Below the pieces are notes generated by a model. That model was not told where the DNA came from. It saw only the letters and a list, made by a program, of their open reading frames with translations, and made no database searches. 64,000 nucleotides of DNA from Desulfosudaceae bacterium. Lineage in GTDB: Bacteria; Desulfobacterota; Desulfobacteria; Desulfobacterales; Desulfosudaceae. Shown piece by piece: positions 40,445-48,708 of this stretch (position 1 is the first letter of the stretch; the number at the start of each line of letters is the position of its first letter). The position numbers and the translations under genes were made by a program. Location: contig CAXXDV010000003.1 in NCBI GenBank assembly GCA_963674745.2, positions 768,001-832,000 on the forward strand, written 5' to 3'.

Positions 40445-40768
40445 TTATTGACCGACTTTTTTTTGAAAATTTTTTGGCGGTTATTATCATCGAAAATATG
40501 TATGAAAACCGGTGAGAAAAAAAATATTTTTTTAATTCTTTTAACCCATTACAAAACTCAACAAATATGTCAATTTATTTTTTCAACCGAAAACCATCGC
40601 TTGTCGTCTTCGTCTGTTCTCCGATGAATCGGACTATGTTATAATGATGATTGAATTCCGCATGTTATTCATGGTATTTTAAAAAACAGATATCCCATTC
40701 GGTTCTTGTGTCGCCGGCGGATATCGAGATGGATGTTTTTTCCCAGGTAAAATCAATTCGGGGGGCTT

Positions 40769-41551
40769 TTGGATAAACGCTTAAAAAGAAGCAGTGAAAT
40801 CGTAAGATTGCTTAAACAGCAGAATGGCGCCACGGTTCGGGAGCTGGCCCAAGCCCTTGGTGTATCGGAAATGACCGTTCGCCGTGATTTAAATGTTTTG
40901 TCCGGACGGAACATCATCAAGCTGGTTCACGGCGCGGCCATTTTCAACCCGGATCATGATCCGGAAAACGGACGGGAACTTGCCTACCATCTGCTGGACG
41001 AAGAAGACCACATGCGCCGTGAAAAGGTGCGTATCGGCCGCAAGGCGTCATCCCTGGTCAAACCGGGTGATGTAATTATTATTGATACCGGAACGACCAC
41101 CGATCATCTGGCCCGTCATCTTCCGGACATGAATGCGCTGACGGTGATCTGTTACAACATGAATATTCTGCTGCACGTGCGAAACAAAACCAATTGCCGC
41201 CTGATCATGGCCGGCGGGGTTTTTCACGAAAACACCCAGATGTTCCAGAGTGAAGAAGGAGAAGCGCTGATCAGGAGAATCCGCGCCACCAGGGCATTTA
41301 TTTCCGCGGCCGGTATCAATGAAAGCCTGGGGGTGACCTGCGCCAACCAGTATGAGGTTGAGGCCAAAAAGGCCGCCATGGGATCTTCCCAGCAGAAAAT
41401 ACTTCTGGCCGATTCCACCAAGTTCGGCCGGGTCCAGCAGGCTCATTTTGCCGACCTTTCTGATTTTGACATGGTCATTACAGACCGTAAAATATCCGCT
41501 GTTTTCGCTGAACAAATCCGTTCCATGGGAATAACCCTGCACCAGACCTGA
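40769..41551 (+). CDS. deoR: DeoR/GlpR family transcriptional regulator
   Basis: HTH ELAQALGVSEMTVRRDL; IDTGTT, LADSTKF, VITD. Confidence 0.88.
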   Translation: MDKRLKRSSEIVRLLKQQNGATVRELAQALGVSEMTVRRDLNVLSGRNIIKLVHGAAIFNPDHDPENGRELAYHLLDEEDHMRREKVRIGRKASSLVKPGDVIIIDTGTTTDHLARHLPDMNALTVICYNMNILLHVRNKTNCRLIMAGGVFHENTQMFQSEEGEALIRRIRATRAFISAAGINESLGVTCANQYEVEAKKAAMGSSQQKILLADSTKFGRVQQAHFADLSDFDMVITDRKISAVFAEQIRSMGITLHQT

Positions 41552-41613
41552 GCCTTTTTGAACATTACCCTGATATGTTTTTTTTGACTGGAATATCCGG
41601 GTTTATTATTCGG

Positions 41614-41669
41614 TTGACAATCAGGATTGAAATGTTATAATAACAACAAAAATAGTTAAAATAATAACA
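41614..41669 (+). promoter_or_regulatory. Consensus sigma70 promoter overlapped by two DeoR-like boxes
   Basis: TTGACA(41614)-N16-TATAAT(41636) with extended TG; TGTTA-N6-CAACA at 41633-41648 and AGTTA-N6-TAACA at 41654-41669. Confidence 0.75.
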
Positions 41670-41820
41670 AATGGTGCCTGATGCTTTGAGCCGTTTACGG
41701 CAGTTTGTATTTCCAATAACACCGCTTTATTTTCAACCAATTGTTTTTTTTGTGTATAAATTAATAGCTATCGAAAAAACATGAAATCTTCGGGCCAGGC
41801 TGGCCGTTGGGAGCGTTCCC

Positions 41821-43110
41821 ATGACGTCTCATTTAATTTACTGTGCGGGTCCTTGTGCTACTCCGGAAGACAGGTGGCAGCTTGATGCGTTGGAAAGGGC
41901 ACTCAAATCCTGCGGCTATCAATCATATCTGCCTTTCCGGGACGGACTGGACCGGTTTTATCAGAATTTGGCAGGCAATGATGAGGAAACCCGCCTTAAA
42001 TTGTCCGGGGCTGCTTTTGCTTTAAACCTTTTCCGACTCGTCGAAAAGTGTGATGCCGTGGTTTTTTCCATGAACGGACGCGTGCCGGACACCGCCGGCA
42101 CCATTATGTCTGCTGTCGCGTCCATGTCCGGTATTCCGGTTGTGCTTTGCAAGCAGGATTATCGCAGCACATTCCACGGCCAGGACAATGCCATGATTAC
42201 CGGCCTTAGCCGCACTTTTTCCACAATGCCCGATCCCCAGTCGGCTGCAAAAGCCGTGGCCGGAGAGATTCTGTTTCGGAAAGCCACCAACCGGAGTCGT
42301 CAATTGCCTCAGGTTATGCAAGAAACAATTGATCTGGGCCGGAAACTGGATGCTATACCGGCCGGTCATCAGCCCCTGTCGTCGGAAGATGTCCCGGCCA
42401 CGTTAACCAGGGCGCTGGCACTTTATGACGAATCTGTTTCGTCCGCGATTAATGCATTTAAGAAACATGCTATCGGACACCCGTCGTCCACTGCCGGAAC
42501 CACCCGGGCAAAGGGCATGGTGTATTGTTCCGGCCCGCTTTTCTGCCCCGGGGAAGTAAAAGAGATGGCGGATATTGCCCGGTCATTGGAATCATCCGGG
42601 TGGAAAACCTATCTGCCCCACCGGGACGGTATGGAAGCATTTGTCATGAAGCATACCGATAATTATGCGGCCAACCTGTTGCGGCCCCTGGTCCGCTTTT
42701 TTCATCGTCTGACCTTTGCCGTTGATGTTTACTACCTCTTGAAATGTGACGGCCTTGTTTTTAACATGAACGGCCGGGTGCCGGACGAGGGCGGGGTGGC
42801 TGAAATCGGAATGGCGTTCGCAGCCGGAAAACCGGTGGTGTTGTACCGGAAAGCCATGCCAGGCGCGTTTTACGAAACGGTTGATGCCATGGTTGTGGCT
42901 GTCGGAATACCGGCATCGCCGGTTGCTTCTATCGATCATATCTCCGGGCAGTTGGAACAGGTTGATCCGGCCCGATATCGGATGGATGATCTGACCGGCA
43001 AAACCCTGGAACTGCTGCCCTCTCATATGCACAGCATCGCCCGGCTGGGACAAAAAGCGGTCCGGATGATGAAATGGTTGGCGTTTATCAAACCCGAAAG
43101 TCTGTTTTAG
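41821..43110 (+). CDS. Tandem nucleoside 2-deoxyribosyltransferase (NDT)-family domain protein
   Basis: Two repeats of Y-C-[AS]-GP...YLP.RDG...KCD..VF.MNGRVPD; second repeat has DEGGVAEIGMAFAAGKPV. Confidence 0.8.
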   Translation: MTSHLIYCAGPCATPEDRWQLDALERALKSCGYQSYLPFRDGLDRFYQNLAGNDEETRLKLSGAAFALNLFRLVEKCDAVVFSMNGRVPDTAGTIMSAVASMSGIPVVLCKQDYRSTFHGQDNAMITGLSRTFSTMPDPQSAAKAVAGEILFRKATNRSRQLPQVMQETIDLGRKLDAIPAGHQPLSSEDVPATLTRALALYDESVSSAINAFKKHAIGHPSSTAGTTRAKGMVYCSGPLFCPGEVKEMADIARSLESSGWKTYLPHRDGMEAFVMKHTDNYAANLLRPLVRFFHRLTFAVDVYYLLKCDGLVFNMNGRVPDEGGVAEIGMAFAAGKPVVLYRKAMPGAFYETVDAMVVAVGIPASPVASIDHISGQLEQVDPARYRMDDLTGKTLELLPSHMHSIARLGQKAVRMMKWLAFIKPESLF

Positions 43111-43208
43111 ATAATACCCTTGACCCCTCGACCACTTGAATCCTTGAACCCTTAAAGCCGTCAAACCGGATAAACGTCAAAAAAGTATAACAGGAGATTG
43201 AAACGAAA

Positions 43209-44828
43209 ATGAAGAAACCAGAAATATGCGTGGTCGGTTCATGCGCCATGGACCTGATCAGTTATGTCGACCGTCTACCGGTTCTCGGTGAGACCCTTCA
43301 TGGAAAACGTTTTGCAATGGGGTTCGGCGGTAAGGGCGCCAACCAGGCGGTTATGGCCGCCAAGCTGTCCGCCCGGGTGACCATGGTCACCAAGCTGGGC
43401 AAGGATATCTTTGGTGAAAATACCCTGAGAAATTTTCAGCAGTACGGCATCGACACCACTCATGTTCATTTTACCGACCGCGCCTTTTCCGGGGTGGCAC
43501 CCATTGCCGTCGACCCCCAGGGCAACAATGCCATCATCATTACACTGGGGGCAAATAATGAATTGACGGTTGAAGAAATCCAGGCTGCCCGTTTGGCCAT
43601 CGCCAGGGCCGATGTGCTGATCTGTCAGAACGAGATCCCCCCTCATATCAGCCTGGCGGCTATGGAAATTGCCCGTCAGGCGGGCGTCCGCACCATCTAT
43701 AATCCCGCTCCGGCCCTAAAAGATGTGCCGGAAGCGCTTTTTGAACTGAGTGACCTGGTCTGTCCTAATCAAAGCGAAACCGAAATCCTGACCGGCCGGC
43801 CGGTGCATACCGTTGAAGAAGCGGAAAAAGCCGCCCGGCTGCTTATCAAAAGAGGTGCCGGCGCCGTTATCCTGACCCTGGGAGAAAAAGGCAGCCTGTA
43901 TGTGACCGGGGATAATGTTTACCATGTGCCGGTAAGAAGAGTCGTTAAGGCGCTTGACACCACCGGTGCCGGTGACTGTTTCATGGGCAGCCTGGCCTTT
44001 TTTCTGGCAATGGGTGAACCGGTTGAAAAGGCCATGGATTGGGCCAACCAGGTGGCCGCCATCAGCGTTCAGGCCGAAGGCACGCAAAGCAGTTTTCCGG
44101 ATATCGAGCAGTTACCGGATGCGATAAAGGATGTGGTTGCCGAAGGGCAAGAGGATTTAGACACCGGTGGTCAGAAAATGTCCCGGGAGCAAATGGCGGC
44201 CTGTATCGATCATACCATTCTCAAACCCGAAGCCGGGCCGTCGGACATCGACCGTGTCTGCGACGAAGCCGTGGATTACGGTTTTGCCGCGGTTTGCGTT
44301 AATTCGGGATGGATCAGGCGGGTGGCCGAACGGCTGGACGGATCGGCGGTCCGGGTCTGTTCCGTCATCGGTTTTCCCCTGGGTGCCATGAGCAGTGCCG
44401 CCAAGGCGGCCGAGGCACGGCAGGCGGTTGCGGACGGGGCGGATGAACTGGATATGGTCATTAACATCGGCGCCTTGGTGGCCGGTGATCTGGAACTGGT
44501 TGAGGCGGACATCCGGGCGGTTCGCCAGGCCGCTCCAGGTCCGATTGTCCTAAAGGTGATCATCGAAACAGCACTGCTGGATGATGAACAGAAGCGCCGG
44601 GCCTGCCTGATGGCTCGTGAGGCCGGGGCGGATTTTGTCAAGACCAGTACCGGTTTTGCCGCAAGCGGCGCTACCGTTCATGATGTGGCCCTGATGCGCG
44701 AAACCGTGGGCCCGCACACGGGCGTCAAGGCCAGCGGCGGGATCCGTGATTTTGAAACCGCCCTGGCCATGATCCGGGCCGGGGCGAACCGGATCGGCTG
44801 CGGCAGCAGTACGGCCCTGATGAAATAG
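43209..44828 (+). CDS. deoC: Ribokinase/deoxyribokinase fused to deoxyribose-phosphate aldolase (DERA)
   Basis: PfkB motifs GGKGANQA and DTTGAGD, then IDHTILKP, VIGFPLG, KVIIET, VKTSTGF, VKASGGIR; no stop codon between. Confidence 0.92.
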   Translation: MKKPEICVVGSCAMDLISYVDRLPVLGETLHGKRFAMGFGGKGANQAVMAAKLSARVTMVTKLGKDIFGENTLRNFQQYGIDTTHVHFTDRAFSGVAPIAVDPQGNNAIIITLGANNELTVEEIQAARLAIARADVLICQNEIPPHISLAAMEIARQAGVRTIYNPAPALKDVPEALFELSDLVCPNQSETEILTGRPVHTVEEAEKAARLLIKRGAGAVILTLGEKGSLYVTGDNVYHVPVRRVVKALDTTGAGDCFMGSLAFFLAMGEPVEKAMDWANQVAAISVQAEGTQSSFPDIEQLPDAIKDVVAEGQEDLDTGGQKMSREQMAACIDHTILKPEAGPSDIDRVCDEAVDYGFAAVCVNSGWIRRVAERLDGSAVRVCSVIGFPLGAMSSAAKAAEARQAVADGADELDMVINIGALVAGDLELVEADIRAVRQAAPGPIVLKVIIETALLDDEQKRRACLMAREAGADFVKTSTGFAASGATVHDVALMRETVGPHTGVKASGGIRDFETALAMIRAGANRIGCGSSTALMK

Positions 44829-44830
44829 AT

Positions 44831-44888
44831 GTAGGGGCGGCCCCCCGTGGTCGCCCGATGAAAGGGCATTCACAGGGGGGTGCCTCTA
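44831..44888. repeat. GTAG REP doublet between convergent genes
   Basis: GTAGGGGCGGCCCCCCGTGGTCGCCC-GATGAAA-GGGCATTCACAGGGGGGTGCCTCTA. Confidence 0.85.
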
Positions 44889-44889
44889 T

Positions 44890-46209
44890 TTAAATCACCT
44901 GCTTCAGCAGGTGCTGCGACAACCGCCGGGAAAGGCTGATAATGGTCAAAACCGGCGGCAGGCCCAGCTCAAAGGGGATGACACTGCCATCGGATACAAA
45001 CAGGTTTTTGTATTGCGTTTCCAGGTTGGTATCGACAATATGACCGATGCGGCAGGTACCGCCGGGGTGGGCCGCACCCAGGGCGCCGTTCCAGACATCG
45101 GTTGCGCCCATGTTTTTCAGGATCCTGCGGGCCATGATCTTACCGCGGTTTAGTTTTTCCCGGTCCTGAGGCGTCAGGGGTTTGCAGACCCGGCCGTCAA
45201 CATCGATAATACCGTCCATGACATCCCGGATTTTGGTCATGATACTGACCTGCCCCCTGTTTTTAAACACCTTTCCCGGTCGTCCGGCCAGAACCCGGAA
45301 AGCAAGTGATTGAAACCAGGGGTTGGTGATGTCGGTCATCATGATGCCGTCTTCTTCCAGGTGAGTACCGGCTACCATGGCCAGTTCTTTGCCTGGCCGG
45401 GCATCTCCGTCTATATAACCGCTGGTCACGACAAAGGGGTCGAAAAAGAATTTCCTTCCCGCATCTTCGATGCCCGACCGCTGAAGCAGGGTAGGGGAGC
45501 CGATCCCTCCGGCGCAGACCGCTACGGCTTTGGCCTGGATTTCATATTCCCGGCCGGCGGCATTGCTCACCCGGACGCCCACGGCCGTGTCGTTGCTGAC
45601 CAGGACTTCTTCGCAGTACGTGGCCGGTAATAGTCGCGCACCGTGATCGACGGCATCCGTGACCCACTGGTAGGCCTCCCATTTGGCCCCGTGCCTGTCA
45701 CCGCAGTAGGTATCCATGCACCCGATTCTGCCTTTGGCCGGGTCAATGAACTTGTTGAGTTTGTGCCAGTCAAATCCCAGGTCGAGGGCTGAAGCCATGA
45801 TGGCTTTAGCGGCCGGTCCCATCATGTCGTCTGGCAGGGGTGCGACATTCAGCTCTTTTTTGATGTTTTCCGTTTCCTCCGGCGCAAGATCAACACCTTG
45901 GGCCCGCAGTTGTTCATAGGGTGGGTCCCAGGCTGTAGCCGTGTAAAACATGGTGGTGCCGCCCACGGTGATGGCCCGAACCATCATCAGCAGATCGGGG
46001 GTGACCATCAGCCCCTTGCCCAGGCTGGAAAAATATCCGCCCATGGCTTTGACGAAGGTGTGCATGGTGCCCCGGGGCTTATTGTCCTTACCCCATTCAA
46101 CGATGATGACGTTTTTGCCGGCCATGGCCAGGTCCCTGGCGACCGTCGCCCCGCCCGGTCCGGACCCTACGACTACGACATCGGCGGATAAATTTTTGTT
46201 GTTGCTCAT
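44890..46209 (-). CDS. GMC family FAD oxidoreductase, paralogue 2
   Basis: VVGSGPGG, VGGTT, GAKW, AGGIGSP, HPGGT, SDGS, LPP. Confidence 0.85.
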   Translation of the reverse strand: MSNNKNLSADVVVVGSGPGGATVARDLAMAGKNVIIVEWGKDNKPRGTMHTFVKAMGGYFSSLGKGLMVTPDLLMMVRAITVGGTTMFYTATAWDPPYEQLRAQGVDLAPEETENIKKELNVAPLPDDMMGPAAKAIMASALDLGFDWHKLNKFIDPAKGRIGCMDTYCGDRHGAKWEAYQWVTDAVDHGARLLPATYCEEVLVSNDTAVGVRVSNAAGREYEIQAKAVAVCAGGIGSPTLLQRSGIEDAGRKFFFDPFVVTSGYIDGDARPGKELAMVAGTHLEEDGIMMTDITNPWFQSLAFRVLAGRPGKVFKNRGQVSIMTKIRDVMDGIIDVDGRVCKPLTPQDREKLNRGKIMARRILKNMGATDVWNGALGAAHPGGTCRIGHIVDTNLETQYKNLFVSDGSVIPFELGLPPVLTIISLSRRLSQHLLKQVI

Positions 46210-46243
46210 ATTGAACCTCGAACCGATATAACCATAAAATTTT

Positions 46244-46321
46244 TAACCACATAAACATGACAAAAAGGCACGGCACGCCGTGCCCCTACAACATTTGCGA
46301 ACGACCCTCACACCCTGAACC
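46244..46321. repeat. 78-bp direct repeat copy 1, containing a GTAG REP on the minus strand
   Basis: 73/78 identical to 47212-47289 by manual alignment. Confidence 0.9.
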
Positions 46322-46350
46322 TTGACCCTCACACCCTGAACCCAAAATCC

Positions 46351-47130
46351 CTATCCCATAATCCGGTCCAGGACCTGGCCCACGGCTGTCAGGGCAGGGC
46401 AGTCGGGCAGTTCCAGGATGCTTCGACCTTCGATATCAAACTCCCGCAGGAGGTCATCATCCGGAATCCAGCCGGCCACATCCAGATCCGTACGGCTGAT
46501 GACTTTTTCCGCCTCCTCGGCGCTCCTGATCCGGTTTAAAACGAGCATGGCCTTTTTATATTTAACAATCCTTTGACCGGCCACCTCCTTGATTTCCCGG
46601 ACGACATTCAACCCCTTGGCCGAGGCATCCGAGGCCAGTACCAGATAGTCCACTTCCTCCATGACCCGGCGGTTGACCTGTTCGATACCGGCCTCACCGT
46701 CGATGACCACGTAGTCAAAATGGTAAGCCGTGGACTTGATGATGTCTTTTAAAAAGTTGTTGACCCGGCAGTAACACCCTTCGGTTTCCGGCCGTCCGAT
46801 GGCCAGAAAACCCAGGTCGCCTTTTTCCACAATGGCATCAAACACTTCATAGTCGATCATGGACAGGATCTCTTTTTTATCGACATCGCTGTGCCCGTCC
46901 CGGACACTTTTAATCAAATCGGTCCGGATATCGTCAATCGTTTTGGTGACCGCCATGCCCAGGGCTGAAGCCAGGCCCACAGCCGGATCAGCGTCTATGG
47001 CCAGCACCTTGCCGGCTTTACGGTCGCACAATAATTTGACAAAGGCGGCGCTAAGGGAGGTCTTGCCCACCCCTCCCTTGCCGCACAAGGCGAATATACT
47101 GGTATGCTCGGGTTTATTGATAATCGTCAT
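46351..47130 (-). CDS. CooC-like ATPase, second paralogue
   Basis: GKGGVGKT, IDADP, GCYC, DGEAGIEQVNR. Confidence 0.85.
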   Translation of the reverse strand: MTIINKPEHTSIFALCGKGGVGKTSLSAAFVKLLCDRKAGKVLAIDADPAVGLASALGMAVTKTIDDIRTDLIKSVRDGHSDVDKKEILSMIDYEVFDAIVEKGDLGFLAIGRPETEGCYCRVNNFLKDIIKSTAYHFDYVVIDGEAGIEQVNRRVMEEVDYLVLASDASAKGLNVVREIKEVAGQRIVKYKKAMLVLNRIRSAEEAEKVISRTDLDVAGWIPDDDLLREFDIEGRSILELPDCPALTAVGQVLDRIMG

Positions 47131-47211
47131 AAGTTATATTTTCCCGGTTCCATTTTTATTTTACCCCCGCCTCAATCCTCTGAATTTCTCAATTCCTCAA
47201 CACCAAATCTA

Positions 47212-47289
47212 TAACCACATGAACATGCCAAAAGGGCACGGCACGCCGTGCCCCTACAATATTTACGAACGACCCTCACACCCTGAACC
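47212..47289. repeat. 78-bp direct repeat copy 2
   Basis: Matches 46244-46321; followed by CCTGAAC-type short repeats. Confidence 0.9.
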
Positions 47290-47304
47290 CTGAACCTTGA
47301 ACCT

Positions 47305-48708
47305 TCAAATAATTTTCCTTACTTCCAGAAATTCCTGCATGGCGCTTTTGCAGGCTTCCCAGCTCCTGGCCCGGTCGTCAAAGGCATCGGCAAAAAGGGC
47401 GTATGACGGATAACCGGCCGCTTCCAGGTCCTGCATGAACGGTTTGACCATGCCCCAGGTGTTGCGGCAGCCTAGGGTACCGACATAGATGGTGCAGTCG
47501 GCTTTGTAAAGCTTGCAGGCCGAGAGCGTGTCTTCCAGCCACATTTCCGGGGCGTCATAAGGCCCCCGGATCTGTTTGATCATGGGCATGCGGGATAATT
47601 GGTCGGCCAGGCTGTCGATAATGGCGTCTTCCGAAGACGTATCCATTTTATAGCACTGGTCTTCCCTGCCGGCGGCGTAAGGCGCGCCCTGGGGAAAGAA
47701 ATAGTTGAGCATGCAGCCCAGCATGCTGATATCGAGATGGTTGAAAAAGTTAAAGAAGCGAAAATCCATGGTGTAATGTTCGATATAACTGGGCAGGACG
47801 CGCGCTCTTTCTTTTCCGGATAGCGTGCCGGCCACACCTTTTTTGTAATTTTCTTCGGAAACCCGTAACATTTCTTCCAGGACCCGGGTGGCGCCGGCCA
47901 CGCCGTTGAACCCGAATTTAAGCAGGTAAATGATCGGCTGCACCAGCGGTGGCACCGGATTGGGAACAACGGTCATGAGTTGCTGGATATCATTGATCAG
48001 GTCATCCTGCCGCTGGATTTCGTGGATGACCGCCGCCAGTTTATCCCAGTCCACTTTTTTCCCGGTCTGTTTTTCCAGAAACAGAAGCATCTGCCGGAAG
48101 TCCTGCCGGTTATAGCGGGTGGCACGTTCGCCGGTCAGGTCCGGCGGCGAGTCGTGCATGTACATGGGAATATCTTTGTAGGATGTGTAAAAATGAAAAG
48201 AGTTGGCATTGGAATCGCAGATGCCGGCCGTGTTGGCCAGGCAGAAATCGGGCTCGGTACCGAGACCGGCCATGTAAGCACCCATGGAGCCCCGTTGGCC
48301 GGAGCATGAGGTCTCGGTCATGCCCAGTTCTACGCAATGGTCCAGAAACTCGATCACGCCCCGGCTGAAAACCAGGCCGCCGTAAGCGGAAAGCACCTCG
48401 GCGTTGATCGGCACACAGTCAAAGGCCTGAAGAATGCCCACCGGGTAACAGTAGGTGGTCAGCACGGCCTTTTTGCCTTTTTCTTTTGCGTGAACCAGGT
48501 CGTCCAGCCACTCGCAGGTGGCGTCGACCAGATAGTACATGGCGTGGCCGATCTGTTTTAACATTTCAAAGGTATTGGCCCGCCGGGGCAGAAAACTGAA
48601 AATCGCCTCCTGCTCACCGGGGGTGGTGTTTCCCAGCAGTGTCCGCAGGTTCTGATAGGTGACCAGCAGTTGCCAGTCATAGTTAAACGCCATTAATTCT
48701 TTTCTCAT
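47305..48708 (-). CDS. 2-hydroxyacyl-CoA dehydratase family subunit (HgdA/BcrB-like)
   Basis: ETSCS, ICD, FLEKQTGKKVDWDKL, GCR, D.FDDR. Confidence 0.8.
   Translation of the reverse strand: MRKELMAFNYDWQLLVTYQNLRTLLGNTTPGEQEAIFSFLPRRANTFEMLKQIGHAMYYLVDATCEWLDDLVHAKEKGKKAVLTTYCYPVGILQAFDCVPINAEVLSAYGGLVFSRGVIEFLDHCVELGMTETSCSGQRGSMGAYMAGLGTEPDFCLANTAGICDSNANSFHFYTSYKDIPMYMHDSPPDLTGERATRYNRQDFRQMLLFLEKQTGKKVDWDKLAAVIHEIQRQDDLINDIQQLMTVVPNPVPPLVQPIIYLLKFGFNGVAGATRVLEEMLRVSEENYKKGVAGTLSGKERARVLPSYIEHYTMDFRFFNFFNHLDISMLGCMLNYFFPQGAPYAAGREDQCYKMDTSSEDAIIDSLADQLSRMPMIKQIRGPYDAPEMWLEDTLSACKLYKADCTIYVGTLGCRNTWGMVKPFMQDLEAAGYPSYALFADAFDDRARSWEACKSAMQEFLEVRKII

Noticed and set aside
46244..47306. Possible CRISPR array suggested by the repeated hairpin sequence
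   Set aside because: Only two copies about 970 bp apart, no regular spacers and no cas genes
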